A DNA stretch of 64,000 nt from Octopus vulgaris. Its lineage: Eukaryota. Below the pieces are notes generated by a model, which made no database searches, was not told where the DNA came from, and saw nothing but the letters and a program-made list of their open reading frames with translations. Below, in pieces: positions 13,280 through 25,619 of this stretch; the stretch's first letter is position 1, and every line of letters begins with the position of its first letter. The stretch spans positions 57,102,001-57,166,000 of the forward strand of contig OX597825.1 in assembly GCA_951406725.2 (NCBI GenBank), read 5' to 3'. The position numbers were made by a program, and so were the translations under genes.

Positions 13280-13486
13280 TTTTAACACCAAGTCTTTTGA
13301 CATTTCTAGAACTTTCAGATTTCCAACTAATTCATGTACAGGAAGACTTCCCAGTTCTCCTTCGCTCCAAATCAATTCAGCACCAGTACGTAGGGCAATA
13401 TCAGAAAAGATCTCCTCAATGTTGCCTTTATCACGAAGAGCATCGAGACATTTATTAGACAACTTGGCAATCACATGTTCATAGAC
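13280..13486 (-). CDS. Zinc-finger gene internal exon (207 nt), KH-like segment
   Basis: tttttgcag acceptor and AAA|gtaaga donor, phase 0/0. Encodes VYEHVIAKLSNK...DIALRTGAELIW...LVGNLKVLEMSKDLVLK. Confidence 0.85.
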
Positions 13487-13804
13487 CTGCAAAAATAAAG
13501 AGGAGAAAACAGGAAAGAATTAATTCATTACATGTTTAAAACAGGAAAGATGACTTCACTAAGGAAATAATGAGGGCCCTGGCCTACTGTAAAAGAAATG
13601 ATTAAATAAAAGGGTTCAGATCTGGTTAACAAAATATTTAAGAATGAATGAATGTTTGTTATATAAGTTGACAAATACAAAAGTTCTTTATTATTCTCCT
13701 TTCTTACATACTTAGGACATGGCTTAGATATTTTCAGAGATTTACAATTCTTTATCAAATATACATTAGCATGAGAGAAAGAGAGAGAGAGAATGTGTGT
13801 GTGT

Positions 13805-14160
13805 CATAACTGTGTGGTAAGAAGTTTGCTTTCCAGCCAAATAGTTCTGGGTTCAGTCCCACTGCGTGGCACCTTGGGCATGCATCGTCTACTATAGCCC
13901 CAGGCCAACCAAAGCCCTGTGAGTGTGTGTGTGTGTCTTGTATTTATATTTGTGTTTGTTCCTAACTAATGCTTGATAACCAGTGTTGGTTTGTTTATGT
14001 CCCCGTAACTTAGCACTTTGGCCAAAAGTTACCTACAGAATAAGTACCAGGCTTAAAAAAAAAGTTAAGTACAGGGAGTGATTTGTTCAATTAAACCTTT
14101 GAATTCAGTGCCCCAGTATGGCCACAGTCCAGTGAGTGAAACAAGTAAAAGATAAAAGAC
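13805..14160 (+). mobile_element. tRNA-headed SINE (most abundant family in the window)
   Basis: tgtgtggtaagaagtttgcttt...gggttcagtcccactgcgtggcaccttggg...(TG)n...gaaacaagtaaaaga. Many similar copies elsewhere in the window. Confidence 0.8.
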
Positions 14161-15189
14161 ATTTGTGTTTGTGTGCAATCAGTACTTAAGATCTCATATG
14201 GCTACAAGATGTTTTGTGAAACTACAACACAGTTACATAGATTCAGGCCAGCTATTTTAGGCTTTGTATTCTCCTGACATGTTGCTTTTGGGGAATGGAA
14301 GTGGAATGGATGATAATTTATTCACTTAAGGAAATTATCTCCCTTAACTTAGAGAAAACCAAAAATGAGGAAATGAATGGGAAAATTCTATAAATTAAGA
14401 ATTCCTTGCCCAGTTAGTTAGTTAGTTTGGCTGTCCTCCCAGACACATCAATAATTTTATGTGAGCATACCATCCATCGTGGTCCGCCAAGCAGGTTTTT
14501 AATTTGTTAACATTTACTATTCTGCTGTCCTGAAACAAACTGTCCACATAAGTTAAACGTTTTCTTTCCCTGTTGATCATTCCTTCAACTGACTACCATA
14601 AGAACCAATTGACACACAGGTTCGTTGCCCAACCATTAACTTAATTGTCTAAATAACCTTATAGCTAAATAATTAATAGTAATTAACTAAATTCATGTCA
14701 CTGGTCCCTTTTGAGTTATTGTCCTTATCTAATTCATCATCATCATTTAATATCCATTGACCATGCTGGCAGGGGTTGGACAGTTTGACCAGGGCTGGCA
14801 AGCTGGAAGGCTGCACCAGACTCTAGTCTGATTTGACATGGTTTCTACCTCTGGATACCCTTCCTAACACCAACCACTCCAAGAGTGTAATGGATGCTTT
14901 TACATGCTACCAGCACAGGTGCCATTTGTGTGACACCAGTATCTGCCACGACTGCAGTTTTGCTTGGCTTGATGGGTCTTCTCAAGCACGACATAAGGCC
15001 AAATGTCTGTCATTGCCTCCACGAGGCCAAACACTTGAAAGGAGTTCAGCTACTTTGTCTCCATGAGGCTTAATGCTCAAAAGGTGATTTTTATGTGCCA
15101 CTAGCACAGGTACCAATAATGTGACACCAGCATCAGCCACAACTATGACTTCACTTGGCAAGTCCTCTCAAGTGCAGCACATCACCAAA

Positions 15190-15629
15190 CGTCTTGGTCA
15201 CTAGTCATTGCCCCTGTGAGGCCCAAAGTTCAAAAATGATGCTTCACCATCTCGTCTACCTCCACCACAGGTTCCCTCCACAGTTAGAGATCAGCACTTC
15301 TTTACACAGCTGTCCTCGTCCATACACATCACATAACCATACCAGTGCAGTCGTCTCTGTTGCACACCACATCTAATGCCTCTTATTCCCAACTTTTCTC
15401 TCAAGATGCTTACTCTCTGACAAACATGCATGCGGACATTGCACATTCAGCAAAGCATACTAGCTTCATTTCTTTCAAGTCTACGCGTGTCCTTGGTTGT
15501 CACAGCCCATGTTTCACTGCCATGTAGCATAGCTGTTCACACACAGGCATCATACAATCTGCTTTTCACTCTGAGAGAGAGGCCCTTTGTTGCCAGCAGA
15601 GGTAGGAGCTCTCTGAACTTTGCCCAGCC
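15190..15629 (-). mobile_element. RTE LINE 3' fragment (same family as 2297-4278)
   Basis: Reverse complement matches GWAKFRELLPLL...VKSRLYDACV*TAMLHGSETWAVT. Confidence 0.85.
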
Positions 15630-16168
15630 TTCTATTAAACATGGAGAAGAATCTGTGATGATCTGGGGAGCTATATCTTGGAAATCCACTGGCCCAATGG
15701 TTCCCCTTCATGGTAGAATTAATAGTCAAGACTATTTAAGCATTTTATCTGATCAAATTCATCCTATGGTTGCAGAACTGTTTCCGGAGGGAAACGTAAT
15801 CTTTCAGGATGATAATACTCTAATTCACACAGTTAAAGTTGTTACTGAATGGCATGAGGAACATTCTAGTGAAGTTGAACATCTCATCTGGCCACCACAG
15901 TTCCCAAATCTCAATATTATTGAACATTTATGGTGCATTTTAGAAAAACAAGTAAGGAATCAATATCCTCCACCATCATCACTACAAGAACTGGAGAATG
16001 TTTTAGCTGAAGAATGGACAAAAATTCCTTTGGAAACAATTCAAACTTTGTATGAGTCCATACCTCGTAGAATTCAAGCTGTAATTACTGCCAAAGTTGA
16101 TTCTACCCCTTATTAAAATAAATTTGTTTGAAATTTTAAGGTGTTTCCATTATTTTGTCCAACCCCTG
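15630..16168 (+). mobile_element. 5'-truncated Tc1-family transposon, catalytic half intact (DD36E spacing)
   Basis: KHGEESVMIWGAISW...FQDDN...WPPQFPNLNIIEHLW...YESIPRRIQAVI..., stop at 16116. The right TIR ends ...gtccaacccctg followed by TA. Confidence 0.88.
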
Positions 16169-16363
16169 TATATACCCACATACATTTACACATATGTACA
16201 TACATGCATACACACTGGGTTTCTTTCAACTTCCATCTATCTCATCCACTCACACAAGCAACCCAGAGCTATAGCACAAAACACTTGCTTATGGTGCAGC
16301 GGAGTTGGACTGAACATGAAATCACAGGTGCAATATGTGTAGAATAAATAGTAAAGGAGATAC

Positions 16364-16773
16364 CTGAAAATCTTCCAAGGATTTTGGTTCACATAACACT
16401 TCACCTTCCTCAACATCCTTATCATCACATGTTACTTCAGACGGTGGTTCCCCAGTTTGCTCATTCCCTCCAATGTTACCGTTTTCAGCCACAAGAAATG
16501 AAGGCGACAGGTCCACATCGGCATTTGTCTTTTCCTGTTCTAGTTTCTGCCCAGATTCTCCATTGACAGAAAAATTCTCTATTGCTGTTACACTCGACTC
16601 ATTCTGCTTTAAGACTTTCATACAGACAGACCCAGGACAGATTTTTAAATGACGAGCAAAGCTTTTGCGCCGCCGCCGGGTCGATCCACAAATGGGGCAG
16701 TGAAAGTGATAGCGGATTTTATTACAACCTTTCTCAAGCTCACAACGTCCATTACAGAGGAGCACTGAGTATT
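16364..16773 (-). CDS. Zinc-finger gene internal exon (410 nt), B-type Cys/His half-module plus acidic linker
   Basis: ttttacag acceptor (phase 1) and CAG|gtatct donor (phase 0). Encodes YSVLLCNGRC...YHFHCPICGSTRRRRKSFARHLKIC. Confidence 0.87.
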
Positions 16774-17529
16774 CTGTAAAATAGAATAAAAATAAAATAT
16801 ATAATTAGGAGTAATCATGGCTGTGTAGTTAAGAAGCTTGATTTGCAACCAACCATATGGTTTCAGGTTCAGTCCCACTGTGACACTCTGAGCAAGTGAT
16901 TTCGACTATATTTATGAGCAAATTTGGTAAACAAACTGTGAGGAAACATGTCATATGTACACACACACACACACACATACATACATACACGTATATGTGT
17001 GTGTGTGTGTGTGTGTCCTGCCACTGCATGACAACCAGTTTTGGTTTGTTTACATCCAACTAACTTAGTGGTTCAGTAAAAGAGACTGACAGATTAAGTA
17101 CTAGGCTTTAAAAATAAGTATTAGTGTCAAATCGTTCAATTAAACATTTTAAGGTAGTGCTCCGACATGGCCACAATTCAATAACTGAAACAAGAGATAA
17201 AAGATAAAATATATACTTTTTCATTTCTATATATGTATAGAGGAAACCTTTACAAGTGTTGTACACACAAGTGTACAATGCACATATATATATATATATA
17301 TATATAAGACACCCTCAACTTAAACACTGAAGAGGAGTGTAAAAGTATTGTGCCCATATGTAATATAATTGTATACTTTCCAAAACCTGTTTCTGATATT
17401 GCATCATAGCAGAGCTATGATTGGAATTTAAAAAACAAATTTCCAATTATATTCACTTTTATTTTGTAATCATATTATTTACTACTATGCATCAATGCCT
17501 GTCATAAGTGACCTAGTCATCGTTAAATA

Positions 17530-18000
17530 AGATAGAGTATCAACAAGATACAGCAGGACAAAGTGTCAGTGAGACAGAGTACCAGTGAGTATCAGTGGGA
17601 TGTAATGGAATAGAGTATCCGAGGTATATTAGGATAAAGTATCAATGCATATAAATAGAGTGCTAGTGAGATTTAGTGGGAGAGAGTACGAGTGAGATAT
17701 AGTGGAATAGAGTATCAGTGAGAGAAAGATATCAGTGATCATTAGAGAAATAGAGTATCAGTGAGTACAAGTGAAATTTAGTGGAATAAAGTACTAGTGA
17801 GATATAGTAGAACAGAGTATCAGTGAGTACAAGTAAGATAGGAGACAGAGTACCAATGAAATTTAGTGAAATAAAGCACTAGTATGATATAGTGGAATAG
17901 TGTACCAGTGAGATTTAGTAGAATAAAGTACTAGTGAGATACAATAGACTAGAGTACTAATGAGATATAGTGAGACAGACCACCAGTGAGTACAAGTGGG
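17530..18000. repeat. Degenerate intronic minisatellite, ~26-bp unit (gagtatcagtgagatatagtggaata)
   Basis: About 15 diverged copies running up to the donor of exon 18013-18196. Confidence 0.8.
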
Positions 18001-18012
18001 TTATCTCTGTAC

Positions 18013-18196
18013 CTTTATATTGGATCCGTCTCTTCCAGTGAGCATAGTAATGGTACTGAAGGTGTTGCAAGAAATTGGGTTTGAATTTCTCTTTTGTACA
18101 CAAGGGACAATGGTACTTATGGCCACAGCTACAGTCAGGAGCATAACACTTTTCCATGGGTAGATCATTCAGGGTACGTACAATGGACTGGTGATA
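18013..18196 (-). CDS. Zinc-finger gene internal exon (184 nt), A-type Cys/His half-module
   Basis: ttttttctag acceptor (phase 0) and G|gtacag donor (phase 1). Encodes YHQSIVRTLNDLPMEKC...YHCPLCTKEKFKPNFLQHLQYHYYAHWKRRIQYK. Confidence 0.87.
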
Positions 18197-18588
18197 CTAG
18201 AAAAAAATAGAGACATAGACTGAGGTTACATTACTACATAAAATATAAATGCAATTTGTTATTAGGGTACATACAACAGATTGGTGGACACTACATTCTA
18301 AGTTAAATGATATCTGACTAGTATTCTACAGTAAAATGAGAGTGAACTGGACTAATTACAATATTTAGTTTATATTTATCAAAATTTTGAATTCAAATCC
18401 AACAACAGGGTTGGCCTTGTTGATCATCCTTCTGGAGAGATTTATAAATTAAGCATCATACATATAGCTGCAACAAATGGAGAAATTAACTGCACTAAAT
18501 CTACTAAATCTTCATCCATTTTTAATGAGCCACTACATAAAAGTAAAGGATTTAATGAGAAACAAAGCAAGGACATTGGTTAGCTTAC

Positions 18589-18923
18589 CTTTAAACCTTC
18601 AACATCACGAGGATGAGGAACTTTCTCAAAATCTTTTTCCAAAAGTATTGTAGCCTTTTTCCAATTGTCTGTCAGTGCTTTGGAATTGCGAGGCTGTTCC
18701 ATGCAGCGCCATAAATGGTTAATGAGTGGACTCCGTCGGTTTCGCAGAACATTGCAAAGTGGGCAATGATAATGTGGTCCAGATCTTTGTACATCAACTG
18801 TAGAAGTATCAGCTGAAGATTCTGAAGCCTTCTCCCCATCAGCAGGGGTCGCTGCATCCGAAGTAGTTTTCACATTTGCAGTTTTATAACATGATTCGTT
18901 CTTACAAAGATGGATTTCTTTAC
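18589..18923 (-). CDS. Zinc-finger gene internal exon (335 nt), B-type half-module
   Basis: ctttgttcag acceptor (phase 1) and AAG|gtaagc donor (phase 0). Encodes KEIHLCKNESC...GPHYHCPLCNVLRNRRSPLINHLWRC. Confidence 0.85.
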
Positions 18924-21646
18924 CTGAACAAAGATGGAAGATTTTTTTTCTCAAATCGTCAAAAAGAGTGAAAGACCAAAGTACTTAGTCCATTAAAGAC
19001 AGTTGGAAGAAACATGATCTTTACAACATCTATTGCCCTAAGCTCATGAGGTTAATAAAGCTTATCACCATTTCACAGATATTGAGATATCATTTAGCTA
19101 GAGTAGCATATCTTCTCCCCGAACATCAAAAAGTCAAGAACCAAATATATCTATCATTTACGATAATCATCATCATTCCTGTTTTATACCCACTTTCCAC
19201 AGTTGTATGAAGTGGATGAATCATCACAGCCCAAGTCAATTATTTTCTGAAGCTACTGCTCCCCTAGACCAGCTAAAGGACCACTAAATACTTAATTGTT
19301 TATCCTTTCACATCAGCATCCTCATCATCATCAAGATTTTAGGATCTGTTCTTTCAGTGTCATAGGTCAGCACTACAATTTATCACATCTCATTTTAGTC
19401 TTTCATCAGAAGATATGTAGTGCCCAGCTTCTTCAGAATCTCATGTCCCACTTCCTCCTATGTGTCCTCCTTCCACAAATGTTCCCAACTGATGAACAAA
19501 GAATACTTTCACTCCAATACTCACCATCTATTCATTTCATATATCCATACCAATATAATTAGCTCTCATATGTATTGATGGGTTTAATATGCTCTTACTA
19601 TTTCAGTTCATTTATATAGTCAGCCTTTCCTACAGATCATACTAACCTCATTCTTCTCCTGTCTCCATAGATCTTACACATTCAGTTTCACATCATACTA
19701 CAATGCTGCATCAAACTTCGTACACAGGCAGTCTGCCTTTTGCATCAATAGAGGAACTCTTGGCAAGAATTCCTTAACAACTACCACTGCTACTCTAGCT
19801 ACTCTGCTTTCACGACATCTCCACTCAGCTCTAATTTAAGCCACTAAGATAACAGCAAGTATCATTTACATCTGGTGAGTCATCTGAATGGTTTATGAAC
19901 TTTAGTGTAAGGTTGTTTCTGTTATTACCCATCCTATATAAGCATTACATATCAAGTCTTGGTTCTCTGCAAACTACTAACTTTAACACAGCATACATCT
20001 CCCCTTGTACATGGCTTCTGCAAGACCTGAGCTTTCTTCTGCTATTTCTTTATTGTAACTACTATACACTATCATCATTTAAATTCCATTCTCCATGCTG
20101 GCATTGATTGGATGGCTGAAAGGAGCCAGCCAGCTGGAGCTGCCCTGCCTGAGCTCCATTTGTTTGTTTTGGCATGATTTCTACAGCTGGATGCCTTTTT
20201 TTCTCCTGTTATTAGCACTAATAAGGGTTGCCAAGTAACTCACAAGACTAAAGAGACCTCTCAACTGAGTGGGAGTTTGGTCGAGAAGGATGTAGCTTTT
20301 ATGCTAGGTGTTGAGAAGGACAGGAACAGATTTTTTGCTGTAGAGGAGATACATGGTTATCTTGCATTAGACATAGGACACAGTGATGAGAAAGGATCTT
20401 CTGACATTGGGTTCACAGCAGCGATGGCAAGGGAACAAGACTTCTGGCAATTTGCTATACTTGAGAAGACATGTCAAAGTAAGTAAAAGTGTGGTTGTTC
20501 TAGCATACAAGCATGTCCCCTGCATCCTTCTCCAGCCAAGCATTTCTCATCTTGCAAGCCTGTGGTTGCTGGTGACATGTGAAACCACCCATACCAATGC
20601 TCCTTAAAAGCACCCAGTACACTCTGTAAAGTGGAAGTGGTTGGCATTAGGGAGGGGCATCCATCTGTAGAAACTATGCCAAAACAGACATGGAACCTGA
20701 GCAGTACTTCAGTAGGCCAGCTCCTGTCAAACCGTTCAACCCATGCCAACATGGAAAACATACATTAGATGATGATGATGTTTAGATACATGTAGAGACA
20801 GAGACAGACAGACAATCAGAGAGATAGATAGAAAATTGTTTATGTGAGCTCGTGGGTGCTGGCATCACATAAAAAGCACATGCGCTGGTGCCACATAAAA
20901 GCACCCAGTATATTCTGTAAAGTGATTGACATTAGGAAGGGAATCCAGCTGTAGAAACCATGCAAAAGCAGACTTGGAGACCAGGCAGCTCTTCAGCTGG
21001 CCAGCTCCTATCAAACCGTCACCCATGCCAGCATGGAAAATGGACGTATGATGATGATGAGTTGGAATAATCAGGGTGGAGCTGGAAATAGAGACAAAGC
21101 ACTGTAAAGAGTCAGAGTGTGCCTGCAATGCACAAGGTAAATAGAAGAGAGTATGGGGAGAATGAGAGATGGCTAGACAGTGTGTATGTGTGTGTTTGCA
21201 TTCGTTTATATTTAGTTATCCAAAATCACTCAGCCATAAGCAGTGAATTGCTGTCACTTCTTGTCACTGAATGAACTGCTAGCTTTATGGCTCTAACAGT
21301 AGACATTTGTCTTTGTTACTGCGCAGTGGGACACCTTACCCAAGGTGTTACACAGTGGGACTGAATGTGCATAATTGGAAAGTGAACTGTGCCATACATT
21401 CATACCTGTGCATGTGTGTGTGTGTGTGCAATATGTGATGTGTATATCTGAGCATTTATTTATATTTACGCTTCTCCCAAAAGCCACTCAGCTATGAGTA
21501 CTGACTTGCTATCATTTCTCCCTCTCACCAGCTTTATGTCTCAAAGATGTGCAGAATAAGATATCCCTTAAAGAAAACAGGACAGGGTTAGCAGCAAGAA
21601 GGATATTTAGCCATGAAACAATTCCTCTATAATATATTCATCTAGC

Positions 21647-22014
21647 CAGGAGTTCTCAACCATTTTTTTATTTATTGACCCCTTTGATTACTGTTTTATT
21701 CTGGTGGACCTCCACCCCACCATAGCCATTCGATGTTTAAAAACTAGTTTTATAGAAACTTCTTTCAAAATTCCTATTTTGCTTTCTACACATTTCCTTG
21801 CGTGGGTTAAACTACGTAAAATATTAGAGAAAGAAATCTAAATGTTTCCTGCAATACATAGTAATATGTATATCTATATCAAAAATTTTTTCAGGGACCC
21901 TTAAAATACCATTGTGGATTCCCAATTTATTATTTTGTTGTGTAGTTCCCCAAATTACTATTATCTTGTGTGAACCACCAAAAATCTTATATGGATGCCA
22001 GTTGAGGACCACTG
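21647..22014. mobile_element. hAT (Charlie-like) non-autonomous MITE
   Basis: TIRs caggagttctcaac and gttgaggaccactg. Flanking duplication atctagc(c/t) resembles the NTCTAGAN hAT target. Confidence 0.75.
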
Positions 22015-23691
22015 ATCTAGCTTATGTAAAAACAGATGTAAAAACAAACATAGGGAAAAATACATAAAGACAGTAACAATAATAATAAAATGCCCTGATG
22101 CAGTATCTGGTAGTGGCTATCATGGCTTTTGATCTTAACTGATTGGAAGTGTTTTGTCTTGGTATTAAAGATGGACTACAGCAAATATTCTGCTCAGTAC
22201 CACATACTTACTTGTCAGTTGCTTGACCCTAACCAGTTGAGCATGTCTTTTAGTAGCTGATGATAAGTGCATCTTTGATTATCAGCAGGAGTAGTGGGAA
22301 AGTATCATAAAGGATGTTGAGAGGAATTCTTTGGGGTTTGAGTAATTCATCTATGGAAACATGGGTGTTTCATTCATCAACCTCAAACAACCCTTATTCA
22401 AGAACCTTTTGGGTGGGATGGGCTACTTGATGTGATGAGAATTCTAACTGGGCCCCCACCTGCAAAGTTATGTGCTGTTTATCTTGATATGAAATCACCA
22501 CGTCATACACATATGGTTGTGATGCATGTGCCTGGTGTACCCTTATTAGATGGGTATACTGGGCATTGTATATTTGTACCCCAGTGTCACTTTGATGGCA
22601 TGCATTGCTCTCACTCAATAATAATAATAATAATAATAATAAAATCTTACCATATCCTTTGATAGTATTTGGATATTTTGGATCTGGCACAGAGATACAG
22701 CTTTTATCCTTGCCCTTAAATGAAATATTGTATTCAAACATTAATATCATCTCATTGTAAAACATCATCATCATCATCATCATTTACTATCCACTTTTCT
22801 ATGCTTGCATGGGTTGGACAGAACTGCTGAGGTAGATTTTCTATGACTGGATGCTTTTTCTGTCACTAGCCCTCACCTGTTTCTGAGTACTCTTAATCTT
22901 TTATTTGTTTCAGTCATTATAGACTGTGGCCATGCCAAGGCACTACCTTGAAGAATTTTTAATTGAATGAATTAACCCCAGTACTTGTTTCTTTTTTACT
23001 TTTTTAAAGCCTGACATTCTATCACTCCCTTTTGCTGAACTGTGAGGTTACAAGGACGTGAACACACCAAAACCGGTTGTCAAACACAGTCACAAAGACC
23101 TACACACACACATGATAAGCTTCTTCCAGTTTCTGTCTACCGAATCCACTCACAAGACTATAGTAGAAAACACTTGCCCAAGGTGCCATGCAGTGGGACT
23201 GAACCCAGAACCTTTTGGTTGGGAAGCAAGCTTCTTACCACACAGCCACACCTGCACCTTTAAGGTAATACTTTCCCTATCACCAGGCATGTTTTCATAA
23301 AAGATTGAAAACAGAAGTCACCGCTTGCATGAAAGTGATACTTGCTCACAACTATCATGCTAAGTCAAAGCACAAAGATCAATACAATCACACACACACA
23401 CACACATGCATATGTGTATGTGTGTGTGTGTATTTGTATAAATACAGGTGTATTTAAGCATGGGTATGGCTCTAATAGTAGACATTTGTCCTAGGTACCG
23501 CGCAGTGGGACTGAACCTAAATCCATGTGGTTGGGAGGCATACTTCTTATTATACTTATATATGTAAGCTATGCCTGTGCCCTCAGTCAATATATATTTT
23601 TTTCTCCTAGATACAAAATCCTTTATAAATGAAAAGTTTCTGTATCTCTGATACAAGACAGACAATATCATATTGTCTGCTCTATGTATAT

Positions 23692-24031
23692 GAAGGTGCA
23701 TGACTCAGTGGTTAGAGCATCAGGCCCACAATTATGCAGTAATGAGTTTGATTCCTGGACTGGACTGTGTTTTGTGTTCTTGAGCAAGACACTTCATTTC
23801 ACATTGCTCCCGTTCACTCATCTGTAGAGATGAGTTGCAAGGTCACTGGTGCCAAGCTGTATCAGCCTTTGCCTTTCCCTTGGATAATATTGATGGTGTG
23901 GAGAGGGGAGGCTGGTATGCATGGATGACTGCTGGTCTTCTATAAACAAATTTTCCCAGACTTGTATCTTGGACGGGAACTTTCTAGGTGCAATACCTTA
24001 GTCATTCATGACCAAAGTGGGTCTTTACCCT
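23692..24031 (+). mobile_element. tRNA-derived SINE with CORE-like central region
   Basis: A box (tgactcagtgg) and B box (gtttgattcc), then tgttcttgagcaagacacttcatttcacattgctcc. Related copies at 56760-57075 and 57682-57800. Confidence 0.7.
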
Positions 24032-24536
24032 TTATCTGTATGTAGTATGTGGTGAAGTGGTGTGATGGCTGGCAGCAATACAGATACACAGTCTGTGAAT
24101 ACAGATGAATCTTTAACAATCAGTGTGTAAAGAATTGTGTATGAACTATTGGATGAGCAGACGAGTTTATGGGAAAAGTTGAATACAGTTAAGGTGTAGT
24201 ATAATAATAATAATAATAATAATTATTATTATTATTATTATTATTAGCTGCTGCTGCTACTAATTTAAACTAAGAATGCAGGGAGCTGGAACAAATGCCA
24301 TGAGGAATTCCATATAATGCTTTAACAATTCAGACTATCAACCTCCTCTTTAGATATGAAAAATTTTTTTAAACTTTTAAATCAACATTTTATATTTTGA
24401 TTAATATCAAACTGAATTTGAAGTCAAAGCCTTAGTTTCTAAACTAAAAGTAACACTTTTATCTACTAGGTCACAGGCATGAGGAGTACACAAAACTACA
24501 ACTATATAAAACAATGACTCATCTCAAGACATTTAA

Positions 24537-24728
24537 TCCTTTCGTAACTAAATTTCTGTTGAAATGCACTACCTATGTTTCAATTAATAAAGAATTTAGC
24601 AAAATGGCTTTGTCATTATTAAGTTGAGAGCATAAATTCACAAGAAAGGTTTTAATTTAGATTGTTTTAAAATAGGAAGTTTATATCGTAGAACCAGGGC
24701 AGTCTCAAGTAGGTTGGTATCAAAGGGG
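24537..24728. mobile_element. piggyBac-type MITE
   Basis: TTAA on both sides and (t/c)cct...aggg(g) termini. Homologous, in inverse orientation, to 59270-59485, with a partial copy ending at ~26468. Confidence 0.7.
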
Positions 24729-24777
24729 TTAAACATAATATAAGCATAGAATTTAAAATGAATATTTAAAGACTTAC

Positions 24778-24912
24778 ATACCATTTTCTTCATATGCGAA
24801 TGTAGGTGCAGAGTAAAGGCATAGCGCTTCAGCAATTTTGAAGGACAGTAAGGGCAATGATAATGTCCAGCTATCTGACCACAAGACCAGAAACATTTCA
24901 CTATAGTTACAT
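24778..24912 (-). CDS. Zinc-finger gene internal exon, B-type half-module (two overlapping donors)
   Basis: atttcag acceptor (phase 1). Encodes VTIVKCFWSCGQIAGHYHCPYCPSKLLKRYAFTLHLHSHMKKM. Donor GTATGTAAGT allows an exon end at 24782 (phase 0) or 24778 (phase 1). Confidence 0.85.
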
Positions 24913-25432
24913 CTGAAATCAGTAAAGAAAATTACTTGGTTTCAAGTCCCTGATATGGAAATGATTTTACAATCAACAATGCAACTGCACACCATCTTTA
25001 ACACCAATTTCAATTTTGTAGTCTTAAAATTTTCCAACTCAATTTCTTCCCTCCACCCTACCCCTACTCCATGCCAATGCATCCCATCTGGAATCCCCAT
25101 GGCTACCCACGGGGAGAGGGGGGAGAAGGCGAGGGAGATGGAGGAAGGGGAACAAGGAGGGGAGAATGAAGAACAGGAAGGGAGAAGGAAGGGAATAGGA
25201 GGGGAGAAGTAGGGAAGGGAAGGAAGGAGAAGAGGTCAAAGAGAGAAGTAGGAGTATGAGGAGTAATGGAGGGAAGGATGGGAGAGGAGGAAGAGTTGTG
25301 GAGGAAAGAGGAAGAGGAAAGGGGAGGAAGGAGAGAGGGAAGAGGAAATTGCGATGAGCATGGACAGCAGCAATAATCCCTTACATCTCAGAAATTCTTG
25401 AATTACGTAAGAAGAAATCTTTGAGTACCCAC

Positions 25433-25619
25433 CTTCAGCTTGTACTGCATAGGAGAGATGTAGCAACTCTAGGTGATCTCTGACCCGATGTGATTTTGTA
25501 GGTTTGAAGTGATTGATATCACAGAAGGGGCAATGGATCTTCCCATTGCAGCAGTTCTCAGCTGTACATATGTCCAAAATGATCTCTTGGCCTTTCAAAA
25601 TGATGCCATGATGCTTGGA
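25433..25619 (-). CDS. Zinc-finger gene, most 5' identified coding exon (187 nt), A-type half-module
   Basis: ttttcattacag acceptor (phase 0) and G|gtgggt donor (phase 1). Encodes SKHHGIILK...CTAENCCNGKIHCPFCDINHFKPTKSHRVRDHLELLHLSYAVQAE. The start-codon exon was not located. Confidence 0.85.

Noticed and set aside
17327-17390. CTGAAGA...caaaac next to a TA tract, a possible hammerhead
   Set aside because: The GAAA box is missing and helices I and III cannot be formed convincingly; at best a heavily decayed relic.
17530-18000. Regularly spaced repeats superficially like a CRISPR array
   Set aside because: Degenerate contiguous units with no unique spacers, no cas genes and a eukaryotic intron context.
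23692-23765. tRNA-like A/B boxes
   Set aside because: No complete cloverleaf; they continue into a SINE body present in several copies.
24955-25350. E/G-rich and hydrophobic ORFs
   Set aside because: Products of a low-complexity purine-rich (GGA/GAA) intronic tract.
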